This document shows positions 12,871 through 26,445 of a DNA stretch of 64,000 bases, piece by piece; positions within the stretch are counted from its first letter, which is position 1, and each line of letters starts with the position of its first letter. Where the stretch lies: assembly GCF_001194135.2 (NCBI RefSeq), contig NC_068981.1, positions 25,885,864 to 25,949,863 of the forward strand, read 5' to 3'. Both the position numbers and the translations under genes were made by a program. The stretch comes from Octopus bimaculoides (Eukaryota). The notes under the pieces are model-generated. The model saw nothing but the letters and a program-made list of their open reading frames with translations. It did no database searches and had not been told where the DNA came from.

Positions 12871-13904
12871 AAAAGTGAGGTGAAATCATAACTTTAATAA
12901 TTATATTGGAGATAATCGAAAAGTATATAACACAATTATTTGATGAAAACAAAAGAAACAGATTAAATAATGAACACCAAAACAAGTGATATTTGCGCAG
13001 ATTTGCACGTACTAGAGGGGAGACAAAATAAACAATTAGCCAAAAGAGAATAATTTATCTGAGTGTTAAAAAGATGAAAACTCATATTTGAGAAAAAAAG
13101 AGATATGCTAAAAATAAATCGAATTCAGGTCAACATTGAATATAATTTTAATAACATTTGCACAGTTTTATTAAGCATTTTTTAAAAAAAGATTTCTTTC
13201 TATTTCAGTCATTTTCGGCGTCAAATATCTATTTTTGTTTCTTTATAATTTTTTTCCATGGCATGTATTCTCAAAACAGGAATAAATGACGAAGGGGTAA
13301 ATTATTAAACTTTTGAATAACTGATGTTTATATTTGGTTTCTTGCCACTCGAACACATAAACAAACTAACTTCGAGCTGTATAATGTCTAGCACTGATTT
13401 AATATCTTTATTAACTACATTAATAACTGCATCTATTTATTACCATTGATTAATGGAAAAGTTTTATTGGAGATTATATGATGTTTATTAAGGATTCATA
13501 ATTGCTGTTAATTCATTTACGTTATCTCTTTTATTATTAATTTTTTATACATAAAGTAATTCGTTTCATATTATTTTAATTGAGCATCTATCTGTATGAG
13601 CGCCTGTGCACGTGTACGTTCTCGCGTTTGTGAATGCGTGTCCGTGTCTGTTTGTGTGTATGCGTTATGTAAATAAGTTTAAAAGCAAAGCACTTCAACA
13701 ATAATGAGCTGTTCTCCATTATGTTCTTCGGAAATGATAGCATAATTTGTTTTGGAATATAGAGTAAATTTGGAATTGTTTAAAATAAAATAAAAGTAAA
13801 TTACAAATGAAAAAATAAACTGTGTATTATCTTTTTCCGTGAATGTTTAAATTTCTTTATTTTCGGCTCTTACCTGCTCTCGCTTTTCAAATAGAGAGAG
13901 AGCA

Positions 13905-13914
13905 CAAGAGAGAG

Positions 13915-13991
<77 letters not shown>

Positions 13992-14045
13992 GAGGGAGGG
14001 AGAGAGAGAGAGAGAAAGACAGACAGACAGACAGAGAGAGAGTGA
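13905..14045. repeat. (GA)n / GACA microsatellite
   Basis: Seen directly. Confidence 0.95.
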
Positions 14046-14351
14046 AAGAGAGTAAGAGAAGTAAGAGAATCATAAATAAGGGAGTAAGTAAATAGGATGT
14101 CTCGTCGGTTTGTCGATGAATACAATTGTTCGATGGGTGGAGACTAAATTATATGGCTGAGAATATTCTAGATATACATGCCAATATATAGTACCCAAAA
14201 TTGACACAGCGCCACACTTTATATTACAAGACTGGCCTCTAGGATTATATATGTAGTCTACCTGACGAGTTTCCACATATTTTTTGTCTAACCACTTCCA
14301 TTGACGTAACTAAGGCCAATCCTTAATGCGTCATCCAGTGGTACAGAACCA

Positions 14352-14735
14352 GGAGGGTCATGGCCCAGTGGTTAGGGCAGCGGACTCGTGGTCATAGGAT
14401 CGTGGTTTCGATTACCAGACCGGGCGTTGTGAGTGTTTATTGAGCAAAAACACTTAAAACTCCACGAGTTCCGGCAGGGGATGGTTGCGAACCCTGCTGT
14501 ACTCTTTCACCACAAGTTTCTCTCACTCTTACTTCCTGTTTCTGTTGTGCCTGTAATTCAAAAGGCCAGCCTTGTCACTGTGTTACGCTGAATATCCCCG
14601 AGAACTACGTTAAGGGTACAAGTGTCTGTGGAGCGCTCAGTCACTTGCACCTTAATTTCACGAGCAGGCTGTTCCGTTGATCGGATCAACTGGAACCCTC
14701 GACGTCGTAAGCGACGGAGTGCCAACAACAACAAC
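14352..14735 (+). mobile_element. tRNA-derived SINE, family A
   Basis: A box tggcccagtggttagg, B box ggtttcgattacc, body and (AAC)n tail; near-identical to 59622-60015. Confidence 0.9.
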
Positions 14736-14849
14736 TTCGCGAGTCGAACATAAACATTCAATCTATAATTTTTGATTCGCATAGCATTTAGCTATTTTAT
14801 GGTGTATCTTCTGACATAATTCTTCACTGATTTGTTTTTTTTTTTAGGT

Positions 14850-15800
14850 ATTTATACTGCATTTGGATGATGTTTTCGAGCAAGAGATAAAGGAGGAATA
14901 GTTTGAACGAAGCAAACGATCACTGGGAGTGAAAACAAGAGTAAATGTAATGCGAATAAGAGAGAGATTTCCATCGACATACTCTAACAGTCAGGTTCTG
15001 ATTCAAAAGACACGAGTCGAGTAAAGCACGAAAGGGAGCAGACTAGTAAAACCTTCATGCCAGATTAAAAAACTTTATTGATGCAACGTTATCATTCGCC
15101 TAATATTTGAAAAGGCGAGAGACTATCAGTGAGTGTCACAAGAAGTTAGTTCTCCTGTAGATTGGATCAACAGAGGCTGTCGTAAGGGGTAAGAGTTTTC
15201 GTGCGGCTACGCTTCATTGATAGGTCTAATACGACTGGCACATGTTCAAAGTCGTCAGCGTAGAGTTAAAGATCAGGATCACTTCATACTCCTTATCATT
15301 TAAAAAAAATTAATTGTCATTCATTTAAATTCCAACGTTGTTTACCTTGTTCCATTAAGTTAATTATATTTGTATCGCCTCTTCAAGCGAAAGGTTCATT
15401 GGCTCACTAAATGAAGTACGCCATCACCAACAAGTCTATGTTTTCCATGTTGCAGGCATCCATCTGTATTTCCTACCTCCATTATTCACTCTTATACAAC
15501 AAACTGACTTCAAAATAATCGTAATAATCTCTACAAGAAACTGACCACTCAGTAGATATAATTTGCCATATATCAAACTGACTCCAATCAGTTGTGGAAG
15601 GACCTACCCGATTATTATTTTACTTACTATATCTGGATGAATGGGCAATGCTCGGTGATGTTCACATGTCTTCGAGGGTGGTGAGAATTAAGTCTTTTTC
15701 TTTCTGCTTAAATTATCGGAAGTCGACAACCGCAGGAAAGACATGCACCGAAGGTACGTTTTTGACCGCAATTATATCTAAAAGCAAACTAAATTAGAAC
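14850..15800 (-). mobile_element. Very decayed LINE reverse-transcriptase remnant (tentative)
   Basis: Minus strand ctctacgctgacgac = LYADD near 15260-15275, preceded by CIRVNNG; no continuous frame. Confidence 0.35.
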
Positions 15801-18136
15801 AAAAAAAAATTGATCATAGTTCGACGTTCTGAAATAGCAGCTACATTTCCTCAACGCATACCCCACTGGACAATTTCGTCACAACTATATACAGTTGGGA
15901 TACCATTGACTATGGATACGCAAGATCAGAAATGACTTGTGGGCAATTAACTATGACAAACATAAGATATATAATGTGCTAATTATATAACATATGTTGA
16001 ATCTCAAAAACATTGGCAACAAGCGATTAGACAGCAGGTTTCAAGAATATCGAATTATTGACGTTGTGGTTGGTATTGTTTAGCTCTGAATAAGTCCAAA
16101 CTTTGTGAAGCAGATTCCACCTCTTCAAAGGCATCTCAACGTGACAATTCTGTATTTTAAGAACTTCATAGGGTTAACTTATCTGCCATATATTTATTTG
16201 CGTTATTTTAGCATTGTTTTGCTTCTATTTCTTATAAGTGGTATAACAACATTAATGCTCTTTTTTAGTCTATTATGTCCGTTCTTGTAAATATTTTACT
16301 TAAATCACCGCTAATTCGAAAATAAAAACTTTGATGAAAGGCATTCCATTCTAGACCATCCCATCTTATCTTCTGACAAAATACATTTATGACTACATAA
16401 TTTAACGCCGATTTTTAATTCGATAGTATGTGATATAAGGTAGATATAACTGCTTTTTCTAGCTGGTATCATTCTAGCTGCATCATTGGCTTATCATAGG
16501 TTGTTGATAATAACCTTTACTGGAATCAAACTCTGAAGTAGAGAGTATATTCTATTCTACGTGTTTTTCTTCACCTTCTATAGAAACTTCTGGACAAGTA
16601 TCATAAAACATGAATGCTATTCATGGAGAGTCATATAGCCATAAGCAAATGGAATGAATTCAAAGTGAATCAGTTAGCTGACCTTTATAACATTATCCAA
16701 GCTTGCCTGTCCTATACAAATGAATCTAATATATATATATATTTCATATTTTTTAAAATCAATTTCAGTCTTTTACGTCCATTAATATCTTCAGAGTTTC
16801 TTCTATGATTTTTCTTCATTTTGATTTCGGAATATATTTCCTTCTTATGATCTGCAAATCGATAAAGAAATTAACGCAACGAATCAACTAAGCAAAAGTA
16901 TGTCTATACAAACACTGAACCAACCAATTAAATCTATATATATAGTTGTCACTTAGTAAACAACAGAATGTTACTTTGAAAGAAACCGATATGGTAATTT
17001 TGAAACCTATCTCTTTTCATTCTCTCTTTTTAAGAATTCATGCATGAAGGAAACCGGAATTCATTTTGCGATTCCATTGGATAGTTAATGCACTGTTCTA
17101 AACATATTTCAACCAATTATTTGCCAGCAATCTTAAATCAATAGCAATTTCGTCTTACAAATCAGGATTAAAAGAAAGTACTGCTGTTTTAAGAGGCCAT
17201 GTATGCCAATGGTGATTTTTATTGAGGATATACCAACTTAAAGTTAGTCTTTTGGTCTCGTCTTTAAGATGTTTATTGGTTGAAATCAATATAAGTTCTT
17301 TTTACACGCATCACTAAAACGATTTCCTCCTCGTGCCGACAAGATAGTCCGTACATGGTCGGTGGATATTATTTCATTTAGAAATAGCAACCAACTTGGA
17401 GCCTTTTCTAATAGTAGTTGGTACAATTTATAGTAATCTAGTACAATTACTTCTACGTGGTCGTCTCAAATACTAGATAATATAGCCAAATACAGATTCC
17501 TTATTGCTTCAAGTTTGGCAAACCAGCAATCCATATAGTCCAAAATATAAACTATGGTATAAGAAATGAAAAGAGTAATAATAAAGAGAGGAGAAATTAA
17601 GACGAAGTTTAACACCCGAAGAAACAGTGTTCTATACCGAAGGAAAACACCGCCTTACATATACATACACATACATACATACAAAACCACACACGCACAT
17701 ACACACACACATGCATGCACGCCTCCCACACATACGTGGAACGAGTTAGTTAAATGTATGTGTTATTTATCTTATCATTTATCCCCGTTTTCTTACGATG
17801 GGAATTCATTTCTCCCTGCCAAAATTTCGCATTGTTTGTTTAATAATAACCGAACGTAACCAATTAATCGTCCAAACGAATTTCGTCATATAAGAATTAA
17901 TTCTGTAGATTTTATTATTGTTAAGTCCAATTGCAGACTAATTATCTAAAGCAATTTAGCTGCAATGGATTTCTGATTTTAGAGGTACGTCTAACATTCA
18001 TTTACGCGATATCTTTTATCATTATTTAAGACAGTCGGAGAATTTATCTGCTATTTCTGGAAAACTGAGGGCCAAATTAGCGGTTCCGTTTCACACTCGT
18101 TTCGTTTTAGTCACTATCACATAACTATCAACGAAT

Positions 18137-18355
18137 TTATTATTCTTTTCTACTGTAGGCACAAGGCCCGGAATTTTGGGGGAGGATCCAGTCGATTAAA
18201 TCGACCCAGTACGCAACTGGTACTTAATTTATCTACCCTGAAAAGATGAAAGGCAAAGTCGATCTCGGCGGAATTTGAACTCAGAACGTAAAGACAGACG
18301 AAATACCGCTAAACATTTCACCCGGCGTGCTAACGTTTCTGCCGGGTAGCCACCT
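18137..18355 (-). mobile_element. tRNA-derived SINE, family B
   Basis: Shared core ttctgagttcaaattccgccgag...ctttgcctttcatc and tail agtagaaaagaataataa; at least 9 copies in the window. Confidence 0.9.
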
Positions 18356-18422
18356 TAAAGTATTTATTATTATAATTATTATTGCGCATATTAGTGTTAT
18401 CCTCGGTGTTACATTTAACATT

Positions 18423-18739
18423 GTGAAAGCTTAGTGGTTAAAATATTCAGTTTACGATCGCATGGTGGTGAGTTCAAATCCCGGTGACGCGTTGTGTCCT
18501 TGGGCCAGACACTGTATTTCAGGTTGCCCCTGTTCACGCAGCTGGCAAAAATGAATAGTATCTGTTTTTCAAAGGGCCAGCCTTGTCACACTGTGTGACA
18601 CGTTGGTTCTCCCTGAGAACTACGTTAAGGGTACGCGTGATTGTGAAGCGCTCAACTGCTTGTACGTTAATTTCACGAGCAGGCTGTTCCGTTGATCGGA
18701 TCAACTGGAACTCTGGTCGTCGTGAGCGACGGTGTGCCA
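18423..18739 (+). mobile_element. SINE with the family A 3' half and a different head, bounded by a 15-bp target-site duplication
   Basis: gttacatttaacatt at 18408-18422 and 18740-18754. The 3' half (gccagccttgtcac...gacggtgtgcca) matches family A. Confidence 0.88.
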
Positions 18740-19834
18740 GTTACATTTAACATTAATATCAGTATGGCCTACTTTCATTTAGGCTTAAGAGACATACATG
18801 ATTGAAACTGTTCGAAATTATATAAGGTGGACTGCACTGGCACGAGCGATCAAAGATGTATGGGAAATGTCCACCCACTTACACCATGATAAAATAAATA
18901 AATGTGCCTCTCGTGATCCATCATCTGGCACTCATATAGTAGATCCTAATCTATTCATCCATTCTTTATTCATTTAATAGTTCATTAACGATGAAGGCAT
19001 TATAGTTATTTGTGCAGTGTTTGTATATACAGATGTTATGTACTTTATTTTCCCCCTTCGAAGGAATATACAAGTTGTCATTATTATTGAAACCCTCTTC
19101 CGTCGTCGCTACCATGAGCCACGTTAATCCAAGTTTTTGTTGCAGGCGAAAACAACAACGAAATATAAGCCTTACCCAAATCTGGAAGATATATACAAAT
19201 AAATATCTCCTATTCGGCCCTGATAATTGATATACATTACATCCCTGATAGTTGATGTAATGTATATAAACAAAGTAGTCAGAAAACTGAGGCAATAAAT
19301 TAACCACGCTGTGTCAAAAGGGAAAACATCGATATTCAGTGTTTGGCAAAACGAAATAATAAAATCAACCAGAGTATATATATGTAAAGAAAAAAGAAAA
19401 CTGTTCAGGAAAATCGTTATCTCCAATACATTTCTATATAGCTATGACTCCTTGGAAAAATTGCTGAATGAAACAACCAGTATTATAAATTCTATAGGCA
19501 AGTCATCTTATTTTATATACTGTTTATATATGTATCATTTAAAACCCATTGGATCATAAAAAGGAGTGTACGCGAGTTCAGCAGTAATAGGAAAATGCGT
19601 TGTAAAACACATAACCAAACTAATTTAAGAAGAAATAAACTAATTAAAAGTCAAAACATTAACTTGGATATTTTTTATACTGAACTGAAATAATTAGAAT
19701 TATAAGAAACACTAACAAATTAGCAGTATATCAAATTAAGATGAAATACGGCAATGTCAAAAGAAATTAGAAATATGTATTTCAGAAGAATCAGGTGAAT
19801 ATTGGTTTCAAATTTTGGTAGGAAGACCAGTTAT

Positions 19835-20018
19835 TTTGGGTAAGTAGATAAGTCGATTGCTTGAACTCCTATGCTCATCTGGTACTTATGTTATCGACCC
19901 CGAAAGGATGAATGGTAAAGTCGACTTCGGTGGAATTTGAACTCAGAACGTAAAGACATACGAAATACCGCTAAACAGTCTGCTTGGCGTGCTAATAATT
20001 CTGCTATCTTGCCGCCTA
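19835..20018 (-). mobile_element. SINE family B copy
   Basis: Same core as 18137-18355. Confidence 0.85.
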
Positions 20019-21567
20019 CGTGTGGAAATTGAAAGCTGAATTCAAAGCCAATCATACTTTGATTGATATAGAATACACTGGCTATGCAAGGCATAACAAC
20101 AGCTTTAACATAAAAACCTAAAAGTAAAATGATTAAAGAGATTACAGTGTAAAACGGATTATTTCGTTCTGAACCCACTTTTAATCTGGTAAAATTTATC
20201 TACCACGTTCACAGAGAGAGAAAAATTACAAAATAACGACTGTTCGGTTCAGAAAAAAAAATGCTATAAAGCACGCCAAGTCAGATGAATACTTTGATAC
20301 AAACCGATTTAAGTAAAATGAAGTCGTGAAAAGTAGTTTACTCTATACAAGGAAATAATGGTGTACAAGGTAGAAGCTAATTACACAAGAGGCAAATGTT
20401 TGATAAAGACGAAATATTAGAAATAAACTAAAATCAAAAGAAAGCGGAAATCCATAAATAGTGAAAAAAGAATAGGAAGAAAAATCTTTTCATTTTTAAC
20501 GTCACGAAAGTTTGGACAAAGACGAAGTTTAAGCGATAACAAATTAAAACTCTCAACGTCAGATTTCATTTAAAATTGAAATGGATAAATGTCAAATTGT
20601 AATATTATTAAATGAAATCTAAGCTACTAAATTAAAAATGATTAAGAGACAGATGTCAACAGGGGATTTGATAACAAACACAATTTTGCATGATATTTCA
20701 CCGGAATTATAATATTCTGATACATGACCAGGAAGGAGTCTATATCTGCTGGGCAAACCGCACACGTTTCCGAAAACAATTTGAGAAGTATGAATAAATG
20801 AGATAGGCATGCCTCTCACCTAATATAACATATTTAGACGATTCCCCTCAGGCTGACAAAAAGAAAAATAACTATCCATATACAATCTATTCTAGTCGAA
20901 GGATTAAAAACTAGTCACGTTAGATATTTCATTCGATTATACAGGAAGAAAGTCTCACGGTAATCAGAGTTCAAAGTATAAAGATGGAAATACATAAGGT
21001 CTATGACAGTATAACTGCACCGAATGTAAATAGTGCATTGCTTAATCAAAAACCCTTCGACGGATCATAACTCTACACACAACCTAAAAATTAGGGGTAA
21101 TATTGCTCATTTCATGCAAGGCATTTTCAGCAATATTCTGGTACTCAGTACTACAAACTACTGGACCGCGCGTGCGCGTGCGCGCACACAATACACATGC
21201 AGGCACACACGTGTTGTGTGTGTCCATATATATGAAGTTATATATGTAAGTACATATATATTTAGACAGACATACATGCATGCATGCATACATACAAATA
21301 CATACATACAAACATATATGTATATATATTCATAGCTTATAGTAGCATTCCTATGGATAAACAAATACTCAGGCCAGCAAGTTTCAGGTATGACTTAAAC
21401 TTATTCTCCTCAGCTGCGCAAATCTTGGATTTGGACTGCACACAGCACACATATTTTCTGAGGACGCTCTTCACACCGTATTTAACAAAAGATCTTATCA
21501 TCTATCGTCAGTATTCTAGAACATACTCTGTGTGGAGTGAACAGAAGTACTTATCATGTAGAATAAC

Positions 21568-21710
21568 TATTTCTACTCTAGGTACAAGGCCTTGAAAAAT
21601 TTGGCGTAGGGGGGGTTAGTTGATTATATCGAACCCAGTGCGTAACTGGTACTTATTTCATCGAACCCGAAAGGATGAAAGGCAAAGTCGACCTCTGCGG
21701 AATTTGAACA
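21568..21710 (-). mobile_element. SINE family B copy, 5'-truncated
   Basis: Same core and tail; stops within the B-box region. Confidence 0.85.
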
Positions 21711-21750
21711 GTGTCATGTAGAATAAGAGACGAACAATTTCTGTGAATTC

Positions 21751-21961
21751 TACAGCGTATCCACAAAGTCTGGGTACATGGGATTAACACATACTGTAAG
21801 AAATTATTATTTCTTATATTTAATTGTCTATGCTATGATTTTATTTAGTCCATGTACCCGCATGGGGACTAACACATTAAGAAATTATTACTCCTTATAT
21901 TTGATTGTTTATGTTGTCATTTTATTTGCTCCATGTAGCCAGACTTTGTGGACACCCTGTA
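21751..21961. mobile_element. Tc1/mariner-type MITE with an internal tandem duplication
   Basis: TA-flanked inverted repeats tacagcgtatccacaaagtctgggtacatgg / ccatgtagccagactttgtggacaccctgta; two units of about 80 bp inside. Confidence 0.85.
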
Positions 21962-23192
21962 TTTCATCAACAGCTTAGCAGCAAGGGAGTTAATCGAGAT
22001 CATTTGCAAAGCTAGCTCGAACTCACCTAGGTGAAAACGGCACAATTTCGTGCTTGGTGCAACATAATGAATACCATCCTCTATTCCGTTATAACTCCTA
22101 TTCTTCTATAAATTTTTCTTTCACTTCATCTTCCCTGTTTTCCATTTTCTCCTTTCTGTTGCCTTTTCCTCGCTCTTTACCACATTTATTGTACTTGATT
22201 CTCTCTCTGTCTTCCTCTACATCTCCCTTTTCTTCTTGAAATTATAAATTTTATTCTTCCTCTTTGTACACTTTGACCTGCTCTCTGCTTCCTTCTACAC
22301 CTAAAGTCACCTCTTATGCGTTGTTTTTACAAAGAAATTCTTCTGCCGTTCTGAACTCAGTATTACAGCTCCTACGGCACAAAACTAAATAACGGCAAGT
22401 TTTTTTGTATTTACTTACCTAAAAGACTTTGCTGTCTTAAGCAACCAGCATTGCTGCGTTGAGGACAAATCCCAAACTACTGCGTTTGACAAGCGTTAGT
22501 GCACAAAACTTACACGAAAGTTGGACTAACATGTTAATATGAATGTCATTAAATTATATCATATATCCTCGCTATATTGTATAGTTAAATGCTGATATAT
22601 TGTGAAGTAGAGACACAAAAAGAAAGACGATAGACGGACAGAGATAATGTCAGGGACGAGAGACAGATTTTATCGTATTTTTCATTGACATAACAGTCAT
22701 AATAGAGATTTTCAAAGAACGAAATATTAATTTTTCAGTATTCTTATCACGATTTATTTGTAAAAATTAATTACAATATTTGAGAGAGTCAAAAGAAAAA
22801 TCAAATTAATATTAAATCATGAATTACGTGAAACCGGAATTGAATTATAATATGATTTAAGTTAAAAATCAAAAGCTGTAGTCAACTAAAAATAACAAAT
22901 GAATAAATAAATAAATAAAGTAGATACAATCTATTGCCACATGAAAGTAAATAAAAAATATAGAAATAAAGAACCGTAAAATAAAAGAGCTGATGTTGCT
23001 AATTATTTGAGCATTAGATTTTAAAAAATATTATCACCTTAAAACTTCGTAAAAATGTGCAAAAAATTACCATTTGCGTTTAAACTCCGCAAATCCAAAT
23101 AACTTACGTTTTTTATTATTTATTTTCGTGAACTATTTACTGTTTTTTTGCTGACAGATACTCCTTCTGGTTGATATTTATGTTGCTGTTGA

Positions 23193-23850
23193 GGGTGCGA
23201 CATGGCAGAATTGCTCGCACACCGGACAATAGGTATGGCTGCATTTCGGCTGTCTTTAAGTTCTGAGTTCAAATTTCGCCGAGTCAACTTGTCTTTCATG
23301 CATTCGGAGTCGATGAATTAGTACCAGTGAAGCACTAGGGTCGATATAATCGACTAACCTCCTGTCAAAAAAATTTCAGGCCTTGTGACTATAGTAGAAA
23401 ATATTATCAATATTATTGGTAAGGCAATTATTTGGCAGAATCTTTAGCTCAAAATGCTTCGGGGCATTTAGTCCGCTTTTACACTTTCAGTTCAGGTTCC
23501 GTTGTGGAACATTTTATCATTCATCCTTTTGGGATTGATGGAACAAGTACCTTTTGAGAACTGGGATCGATGTAATTGATGAGTAGCCTCCTTCTTCAAA
23601 GTTCCAAGCCTTGTGTCTATAGTAGAAAGGATTATTATTACGGCGAACTGGCACAATCGTTAACACAAGGGACGAAATTCTTAGCGGTATTTCACCCAAC
23701 GTTCTGAGTTCAAATTCCGCCGAGTTTAACTTTGCTTTTCATCCTTTCGGCATCGATAAATTAAGTACCACTGAAAAAAATGGGATCGATGTAATCTACT
23801 ACTCTCCTTCCCACCAAAATTTCAGGCCTTGTGCCTATAGTAGAAAGGGT
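23193..23850 (+). mobile_element. Three head-to-tail SINE family B copies
   Basis: Copies at about 23193-23415, 23425-23640 and 23640-23850; copies 2 and 3 begin in the ATT-rich tail of the previous one. Confidence 0.8.
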
Positions 23851-23920
23851 TGTTGTTGTTGTTGTTTTTGTTGTTGTTGCTGTTCTTCTTCTTCTTCTTC
23901 TTCTTCTTCTTCTTCTTCTT

Positions 23921-23953
<33 letters not shown>

Positions 23954-23964
23954 ATTATTATTGT

Positions 23965-24400
23965 GTGAGATAGCAGTGCATGCCATCAAAGTGACACTGG
24001 GGTAAAATATACGAAGCCCATTATACCCATCATGACTACCCGCCTGATAAGAGTACACCAGGCACATGCATCACAACCATATGTGCGCGACATGGTGATC
24101 TCAAACCAAGATTAACAGCGCATGACCTTACAGGTGGAGCGCAGTTAGAATTTTCTTCAGGTTGAGTAGCCCATCCCGCTCAAGAGATCCCCGAATAATA
24201 GCTGTTTAAGGATGTTGAACAAAACACCCATGTTTCCAGAGGTAAGTTATCCAAACCCCAAAGAATTTCTCTCAACGCATGGCTATGATGCTCCCCCACT
24301 ACTTCTGCTCTTGATCAAAGATGCACATATCGTCACCTACTAACAGACACGCTCAACTGGTTAAGGTCAAGCAACTGACAAGCAAATCTGTGGCATTGTG
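23965..24400 (-). mobile_element. Interspersed retroposon-like repeat ending in an (AAT)(AAG)(AAC) tail
   Basis: GC-elevated block with no ORF; its minus-strand 3' end runs into the trinucleotide tract at 23850-23965. Family not identified. Confidence 0.5.
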
Positions 24401-24799
24401 CAGAATATTTGCTATAGCCCTATTATTATTTGCGTATTTTTGCTATAGAATTTCACATTCATTTGCCGTGGGCTACAGGTATTATATAATACAGGACTTC
24501 TCAGCGATGCCATGCAGTATTCCCGCAATCAGATTATAACCATTTTGCTTTGATCAACGTCGTATCAACCATTATACTTCTTGGCTTCCGGCAACCACAT
24601 TACAAATCTGCGCGCAGCATTTTAAGACACAGAACGGTTATTTATTTTACTGTTTCTGACAAATATTTCTTCAATCCCATCTTTGGTCTTTCTTTCAAAT
24701 TCAAATGCGATATCTATGAAAACATATTCAATGCTCTAATCTGCATCCGTAAATCACATTTCTGCTAATGTTCCCATGTTTATTTGCCTATTGACAGCT

Positions 24800-25257
24800 A
24801 CAATGGCAGATCGAAAATAATAATGCAAAGATCCTAGGGAATTTATAATTCAGAGCGACCATGAAATAGAGAATAGGAAACCAGACATAATTTTGACTGA
24901 GAAAGAAATCAAACGATGGTGGATCATAGATATAGCATGCCCAGCTGACAAGAAAGTATGAGATAGGAAAGAAAGATAGTCGAGAGATATGACAGGTTAG
25001 CTTGGGAGATAAAGCACTTGTGGTCGCTGATAAAGGTGATAGTTGTACCAATAATTGCCAGATCCATGAGAACAGTGAGCACAAATCTTGAGAAGTACGT
25101 GGAACAAATAGGGGATGCGATAATGGTGGAGCACATGCAGAAAAGATCACTGCTTGGAACCGCTCGAATACTCCGGATGGTGCTAGAAAAATAAGGGGTG
25201 TTACCTTAGTTCACTGGTAGTACATCTCCAGCATTAGAAGCTATGCAAAGACAATAA

Positions 25258-25310
<53 letters not shown>
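24800..25310 (+). mobile_element. R4/Dong-like non-LTR element, 3' end (restriction-like endonuclease) plus (TAA)n
   Basis: RKPDIILTEKEIKRWWIIDIACPAD...LLGTARILRMVLEK* (PD-(D/E)xK type), short 3' UTR, then (TAA)n at about 25255-25310. Confidence 0.82.
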
Positions 25311-25316
<6 letters not shown>

Positions 25317-25879
25317 TTACAACAACAATAAGGCACTAAATAACATGGATGTGCTACAGCGGGCTCTCCATTCAAAAATAAATCTAATCTAATAACAGAT
25401 GTGGAATGGAGTAAAGGAATCGGCGAAAGACTTGAAGGAAGCGGCCTTTTAAAGAAAATAAACACAAAACAAAATTATACTGCCATGCGAAGTACAGTTT
25501 CAGCTATGCACGATGTCTCAGAGAAACTTGCGCGAAACACACGCACACACGAAATCAACATCGGAAAGTTTACAAATTATAAAATATAAATGCAACATAT
25601 AAGTACATAAATTGAGTAATTACGCATACACAATCATATATACATTTTAAAACCCATAGGACTACAAATACATCCCAATGTTTACACAACAACATGAAAT
25701 TTACAGGACACACATATACGCATATGAAAATACGTGTGACAAACGAAAAAAAAAAACAATCAAAAAAACTATTTTTCTAATTTTCGAACTAACACAAACC
25801 AAGTGAGAAATTCATAAGTTTAAAAACACCATAAAAACTATACCCGGAGATAAATCTATCAACCAAAAAATACAGACGA

Positions 25880-26092
25880 ATACAGATCTGTTAGCCTTAA
25901 GAAACTACATTACGAGCAGTTTAGTACAGCTGCAGAAAACAGTGTCATTAGGGACAGCTAGAATACTTAGGATGGATCTTAGTATCTAAGATTACTTGCT
26001 GTAACCCAATAGGTGGGTTCTTCGAATCTAAATCAACATGTTAGTCCAATGATGGGATTATTTTCTTTTCCAACAGTTGGATCTGTTAAATG

Positions 26093-26141
<49 letters not shown>
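25880..26141 (+). mobile_element. R4/Dong-like 3' end, second subfamily, plus (TAA)n
   Basis: QLQKTVSLGTARILRMDLSI*, a different 3' UTR, then (TAA)n at about 26095-26141. Confidence 0.75.
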
Positions 26142-26144
<3 letters not shown>

Positions 26145-26269
26145 TTCAATACAGTAACCATAAGAGCATCACAGCAAACCACAGCACATACCCAAGGCAC
26201 ACAGAGCTGCGCTCGGTAGTGAAGTGAAATCACGCTATAAAAATAAAACTACTGAATAATAATAATAAT
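26142..26269 (+). mobile_element. R4/Dong-like 3' UTR stub, third subfamily, between two (TAA)n tracts
   Basis: aaaccacagcacatacccaaggcacacagagctgcgctcggtagtg...aaaactactgaat matches the 3' end of the minus-strand element at 42075-42180. Confidence 0.8.
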
Positions 26270-26445
26270 GGTCTCAAATTTTGCCCAGAAGGGCAAAAAC
26301 TTTTGGGGGAGTGAATGAGTCGATTACATCGACCCCAGTTGCAACTGGTACTTATTTCATTGACCCCGAAAGAATGAAAGGCAAATCCACCTCGGGGAAA
26401 TTTGAACTCACGACGTAGCGACGGGGAAAATGCCACTAAGCATTA
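26270..26445 (-). mobile_element. SINE family B variant whose tail is shared with the R4/Dong stub
   Basis: Family B core on the minus strand; its (ATT)n tail is the same tract as the stub's (AAT)n. Confidence 0.75.

Noticed and set aside
18966-19307. 113-aa minus ORF and a possible plus-strand terminal exon (ttgcag|GCGAAA...YKPYPNLEDIYK*)
   Set aside because: No recognisable homology and no partner exon.
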